Shown: in pieces, positions 59,865 through 64,000 of the stretch
Numbering within the stretch: position 1 is the first letter of the stretch
How the letters are laid out: every line of letters begins with the position of its first letter
DNA from: Candidatus Micrarchaeota archaeon
Lineage (GTDB): Archaea > Micrarchaeota > Micrarchaeia > Norongarragalinales > SBBD01
DNA: 64,000 bases
Direction of reading: 5' to 3'
Assembly: GCA_016212475.1 (NCBI GenBank)
Contig: JACRGC010000005.1
Span: forward strand, 157 to 64,156
Notes under the pieces: generated by a model
Seen by the model: the letters and a program-made list of their open reading frames with translations, nothing else
What the model was told of the DNA's origin: nothing
Database searches by the model: none
Position numbers and translations under genes: made by a program

Positions 59865-62800
59865 ATGAGGCTAACTTTCATCCTGTTTTTGGCAATTATT
59901 GCATTGATATTAATGCGACCGGCCCAGGCTATAGATGTTTCAGCCTGCCAAACACTTGGAACATCAGGCGCAACATACAATTTAATTGCGGATCTTTCGA
60001 TTCCGAGCGGAACTTGTTTTACAATTAGTGCTCAAAATGTTGATTTTAACCTCAATGGACATAAGCTTACTTTTTCAGGCCCGGCAATTACTGCTGTTCG
60101 GATGGACTCATCTGCAAGCGGCTCTAAGGTACATAATGGAATAATAACGGAAACCGGATCTCTCTCTGTGGGGGGGGATGGAACGGGCGCGCTAAAAATG
60201 AGTTGCACTAATTGCAGGGCATATGATATGGAAATACACACTGCCAGTTATCATTTTCCAGCTATTGAAATAAGAGGACCTAACAGCATTGTTGAAATTT
60301 ACAATTTAAAAATTTATATCAATGCCACTAATCTAGTAAACGACGATATTAATGTCGGAGGAATAAACGCATACGAAATGTCCTCTGTGACAAGCATGTC
60401 AATTCACGATAATTTTATTCGAGGACGAGCCTGGCTGATTAATACGCGGGGTACGGGTTTTGCCAACATATACAATAATGTTTTAGTTCCAATCAAATAT
60501 GGGCGAAACCCCTATGCAGTTAGGTATGGGGCGCTTGCCGGAACAATTTTCAACAATACCATGGTATCGACTAATTGCAGGGGAACATTGGTCGAGAACG
60601 GTAAAAATCTCGTTATTGCCAATAATTATTTTGATTGCGGCGAAACTGTTTATTCGGGAATTGATGGATCCGGCCCGCATACTCTTCGCATACGAGGCAC
60701 AGATGCAAACACAAATAATTTTTCCATTTACGGCAATACATTCATTGCCAGGGCACTTGCCGGCTCCGGAGCTATAACCGCTGAAGGCGCGCTAATTGGG
60801 AATTGGCAAAACATGCGAATATATGACAATATATTCATGGCTTATAGCGACTATGCCGGGGTTGAAGGAGGCGCGCTTGCGATCGAAGGAACCCTTGATT
60901 CCTCAACTTACATCTACAATAACATTTTGAGGAGTAATTTCGAAGGCTTAAGGCTGGGGCACAGCAATGTCGGCACCAGCAATGGAATATTCGATTCCCT
61001 AACTTTCATTAAGGAAACCGCTCCGACGCCTTTGACTTACCACTCTATTTCAAATTTTCCAACAAGATTTTCAAACAATGAAACTTTCAGGAATTTTACT
61101 TATCAAAATGGAGCGCAAAAATCCGACCTTTTATTGGGAAGAACGGGAGGGGCGTATTCGTACACTTTTGAATGGTATTTGACAATCAGGATTGTCGATG
61201 GCTCCGGCAACCCACTTGGCGGAGCTGCAGTCTCAATAACCAACTCATTTGGAAATGTTTTCTCGGGAACAACTGGCGCCGATGGAAAAATCAATAATTT
61301 ACCCCTCAAGGAATTGACAGCATCAAGCTCGGCTGCGACAATCCAATATTCGCCATACACGGTTGCGGTTACATACGGCGGAAGCACGCAAACAAGAAGC
61401 GTAACGCTTGATTCGACAAAAACCGAAACATTCACATTCGGAGGAGGCGCTCCCGATACAATCCCTCCGGGAGCAATTGTATTGGCAAATCCAACTTCGC
61501 CAACTTCTTCTTCTTTAACGGTTTCATGGACGGCAACGGGAGATGATGGAAATACGGGAATTGCCCAATCTTATGATTTGAGGTATTCGACCTCTCCAAT
61601 CAATTCAGGTAATTTCGATTCGGCTTTTCAAGCTTCTGGCGAACCAGCGCCGGCAGCTTCAGGAACCGTGCAAAGCATGCCAGTTACGGGACTGTTATCT
61701 TCAACTACATATTATTTTGCAATAAAGGCAATCGATGATGCATCGAATACCGGGGCAATTTCAAATGTTGTTTCCGGAACCACTTCTGCGCCAGCGGACA
61801 CAACCCCGCCGGTTAGATCTTCAGGAGCGCCAAGCGGAACTTTGGCAACGGATACGACTTCCACAACAATGACACTGACAACAAATGAGCCTGCAACATG
61901 CAGGTATTCCTTGACACCGGGAACTTCGTATGCATCAATGACTTCTGCAAATAATTTTGCAACAACCGGAGGAACCACTCATTCACAGCCCATCACATCG
62001 CTGGTAAACGGAGGGAGTTACAACAGATACATAAGATGCTCCGATGCAGCAGGTAATGCCAACACAAATGATTTTACAATCTCATTCACTGTTGCTGCGG
62101 ATACTACTGCGCCATCGGCAATTTCAAACCTGGCAGCGCCATCAAGCACAACCGGATCCGTAAGTTTGACATGGACAGCTGTTGGGGATAACGGCAATAC
62201 AGGAACGGTTTCGGCTTACGATGTCAGGGTTTCGACAACAACAATCGATGCAAGCAATTTTGCAACCGCATTCCAATACGTAGCCACTTCGCCAACAATT
62301 GGGGCTGCAGGCGCGGCCCAGAGCCTGACAGTTGGAGGCTTAAACCCATCAACAACATATTTCTTTGCAATCAAGGCAAGGGATGAGGCAAATAATTGGG
62401 GGGCAATTTCAAATGTTGCAAGCAGGGCAACTTCAGCTGCCCCGGATACTTCGGCGCCCTCTATTGGGAATGGCCAGCCAGCTGGAACTTTGGGATACAC
62501 AGCAACCCAAACGCTGATGAATGTTACAACAAACGAGAATGCCAACTGCAAATATTCACTTGTTGCAAATCAGACATATGCTTCAATGACAAATCTATTT
62601 GCGTCAACGGGTGCAACATTGCATTCGGTTTTAATCACAGGATTAAGTGCCGGGCAATCGTACAGCTATTTTGTAAGATGCATTGATTTTGCATCGACTC
62701 CAAATGCAAATAACGCTGATTTTATCATCAATTTCCAGGTTGCACAAACTCCTGCCCCAGATTCGACTCCGCCGTTAAGGTCAAATGGCCAGCCAACAGG

Positions 62801-63746
62801 TATATTGCCATCCGGAACGAGTTCCACAACAATCAGTTTGGCAACGGATGAAAACGCAACCTGCAAATTCGGAACGGTTTCCGGAACCGCATACAATTTG
62901 ATCCTAAATAACTTCACAGCAACCGGAGGAATGGCGCATTCTGCAACAGTTGGGAATCTTTCAACAAATGCAACTTACAACTATTTTGTAAGATGCCAGG
63001 ATATGATGAATAACCAAAACCCGGACGATTTTTCAATCTCATTTGGAATAGGATCAACCTGCGTGGAATCCTGGGCTTGCTCTGCTTGGAGCGCTTGCTC
63101 AAGCTCTGGATCACAGACAAGGAGCTGCGCGGATGCAAACTCTTGCGGAACAACTGCAAGCAAGCCAGCTGAATCGCAAGGGTGCACACCGCCGCCTACA
63201 AACACCGGAGGGTCGGCGGGCTCGCCATACAACCCGCCTCAAGGAACACCAACAGTTACAGTTACGCCAAGGCCATCTGCTTTGGTTAGCGCAGTAGTTT
63301 CAATTTCGCCAACCCCAATTCCAAACGTTAAAGTGATTGATTTGATAGATGAAGTGGAAAACAACCTGAATACGAATGATGTTCCAAAGGAGGACGCCGC
63401 TGCTGTGCAAAGGATGGTCGATGAGGCAAAAGTGCTTGAAAAGGATGGGAAAACAAACGAGGCAAAAATACTTTTGGAAAAGGCAAGGAATAGGCTTAAG
63501 GTTTTGACGGATTCGGCAAGGAATGCCAAAGCTGGGATTTCATGGATATTTGCGGCAATATTGGCAGTAATTGTCCTCTCGGCGGCATTGATTTATTATC
63601 ATGGGACGCACAAGAAAATAGTGAAGATGCAAGCGCTTCCGTTGGATAAGATGGTTTCCGAAGTAAAGGCGCAATCAAGCCCGGATGCTAGCGCAACTGC
63701 CACAATTGAAAATAAGCAAATCGATGAAAAGCAGTTCATCAGATAA
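59865..63746 (+). CDS. Large secreted, C-terminally anchored protein: beta-helix + two Fn3 + three Ig-like repeats + TSP1-like module
   Basis: Signal peptide; parallel beta-helix repeats; 'WTA.GD.GNTG....YD.R.ST' x2; 'D(T/S)(T/S)(P/A)P...G.P.G.L' x3; 'W.CS.WS.C....Q.R.C'; TM near C-terminus. Confidence 0.85.
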   Translation: MRLTFILFLAIIALILMRPAQAIDVSACQTLGTSGATYNLIADLSIPSGTCFTISAQNVDFNLNGHKLTFSGPAITAVRMDSSASGSKVHNGIITETGSLSVGGDGTGALKMSCTNCRAYDMEIHTASYHFPAIEIRGPNSIVEIYNLKIYINATNLVNDDINVGGINAYEMSSVTSMSIHDNFIRGRAWLINTRGTGFANIYNNVLVPIKYGRNPYAVRYGALAGTIFNNTMVSTNCRGTLVENGKNLVIANNYFDCGETVYSGIDGSGPHTLRIRGTDANTNNFSIYGNTFIARALAGSGAITAEGALIGNWQNMRIYDNIFMAYSDYAGVEGGALAIEGTLDSSTYIYNNILRSNFEGLRLGHSNVGTSNGIFDSLTFIKETAPTPLTYHSISNFPTRFSNNETFRNFTYQNGAQKSDLLLGRTGGAYSYTFEWYLTIRIVDGSGNPLGGAAVSITNSFGNVFSGTTGADGKINNLPLKELTASSSAATIQYSPYTVAVTYGGSTQTRSVTLDSTKTETFTFGGGAPDTIPPGAIVLANPTSPTSSSLTVSWTATGDDGNTGIAQSYDLRYSTSPINSGNFDSAFQASGEPAPAASGTVQSMPVTGLLSSTTYYFAIKAIDDASNTGAISNVVSGTTSAPADTTPPVRSSGAPSGTLATDTTSTTMTLTTNEPATCRYSLTPGTSYASMTSANNFATTGGTTHSQPITSLVNGGSYNRYIRCSDAAGNANTNDFTISFTVAADTTAPSAISNLAAPSSTTGSVSLTWTAVGDNGNTGTVSAYDVRVSTTTIDASNFATAFQYVATSPTIGAAGAAQSLTVGGLNPSTTYFFAIKARDEANNWGAISNVASRATSAAPDTSAPSIGNGQPAGTLGYTATQTLMNVTTNENANCKYSLVANQTYASMTNLFASTGATLHSVLITGLSAGQSYSYFVRCIDFASTPNANNADFIINFQVAQTPAPDSTPPLRSNGQPTGILPSGTSSTTISLATDENATCKFGTVSGTAYNLILNNFTATGGMAHSATVGNLSTNATYNYFVRCQDMMNNQNPDDFSISFGIGSTCVESWACSAWSACSSSGSQTRSCADANSCGTTASKPAESQGCTPPPTNTGGSAGSPYNPPQGTPTVTVTPRPSALVSAVVSISPTPIPNVKVIDLIDEVENNLNTNDVPKEDAAAVQRMVDEAKVLEKDGKTNEAKILLEKARNRLKVLTDSARNAKAGISWIFAAILAVIVLSAALIYYHGTHKKIVKMQALPLDKMVSEVKAQSSPDASATATIENKQIDEKQFIR

Positions 63747-63830
63747 GTGAAATTGAATTACGGATGGGCAAGACCTTGGCCAGCACGGTTTTTCCAAATG
63801 CTTTATTTATTCTTCTAAGCCTAATTCATG

Positions 63831-63891
63831 GGATGATGATCCAATCCTAACTGAGCTTTATAGCTGTGACGAATGACGGACGGACTGAACC
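63831..63891 (+). ncRNA. Box C/D methylation guide sRNA
   Basis: C box ATGATGA 63833-39, D' CTGA 63851-54, C' GTGACGA 63866-72, D CTGA 63885-88; 11-12 nt guides; AT-rich TATA-like tract upstream, T-rich tract downstream. Confidence 0.88.
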
Positions 63892-64000
63892 GGCCTTTTT
63901 CTTTCTTCTTTGAAAGAAAAAGCCCCGCGGAAAAAGAAAGAAGCTTTGACCCCATAGAAAAAAGTTTTCTGCACCCCCTTCCAATAAACGCCTGATCCTG

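Noticed and set aside
1..64000. CRISPR array, integrase, transposase, inteins
   Set aside because: No repeat-spacer periodicity or such ORFs seen; rfcS, rpo and the Lon-like gene have no intein-size inserts

Overview
Core-genome window of an archaeon. The gene content, giant surface proteins and tRNA introns at non-canonical positions suggest DPANN, probably Micrarchaeota-like (inference). It carries ftsY, pop5, rfcS, ahcY, a partial A-type ATP synthase operon (H-I-K-E-C-F), purM/purC/purA, an RNA polymerase operon (rpoH, split rpoB''/B', fused and shortened rpoA), r-proteins L35Ae and S8e, TFE, Cgi121, aCPSF1, psmB, msrAB, three very large surface proteins and two intron-containing tRNAs. 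Main finding: an unannotated ribosomal protein eL41/eS32 gene (4357-4505, minus) appears interrupted by a 35-nt tRNA-type bulge-helix intron. Canonical endonuclease cleavage would restore the frame exactly, the geometry matches the two tRNA introns in the window, and a homing-endonuclease-like gene overlaps the first exon. Other notable items are a C/D box sRNA aimed at 16S position 1402 with an unexpected A in the guide, a three-copy hairpin repeat (one copy beside a synonymously recoded duplicate of the rpoB' 3' end), a secreted lytic transglycosylase, a mini SWIB-like protein and several degenerate enzymes. Everything was read by eye; no searches or folding programs were run.
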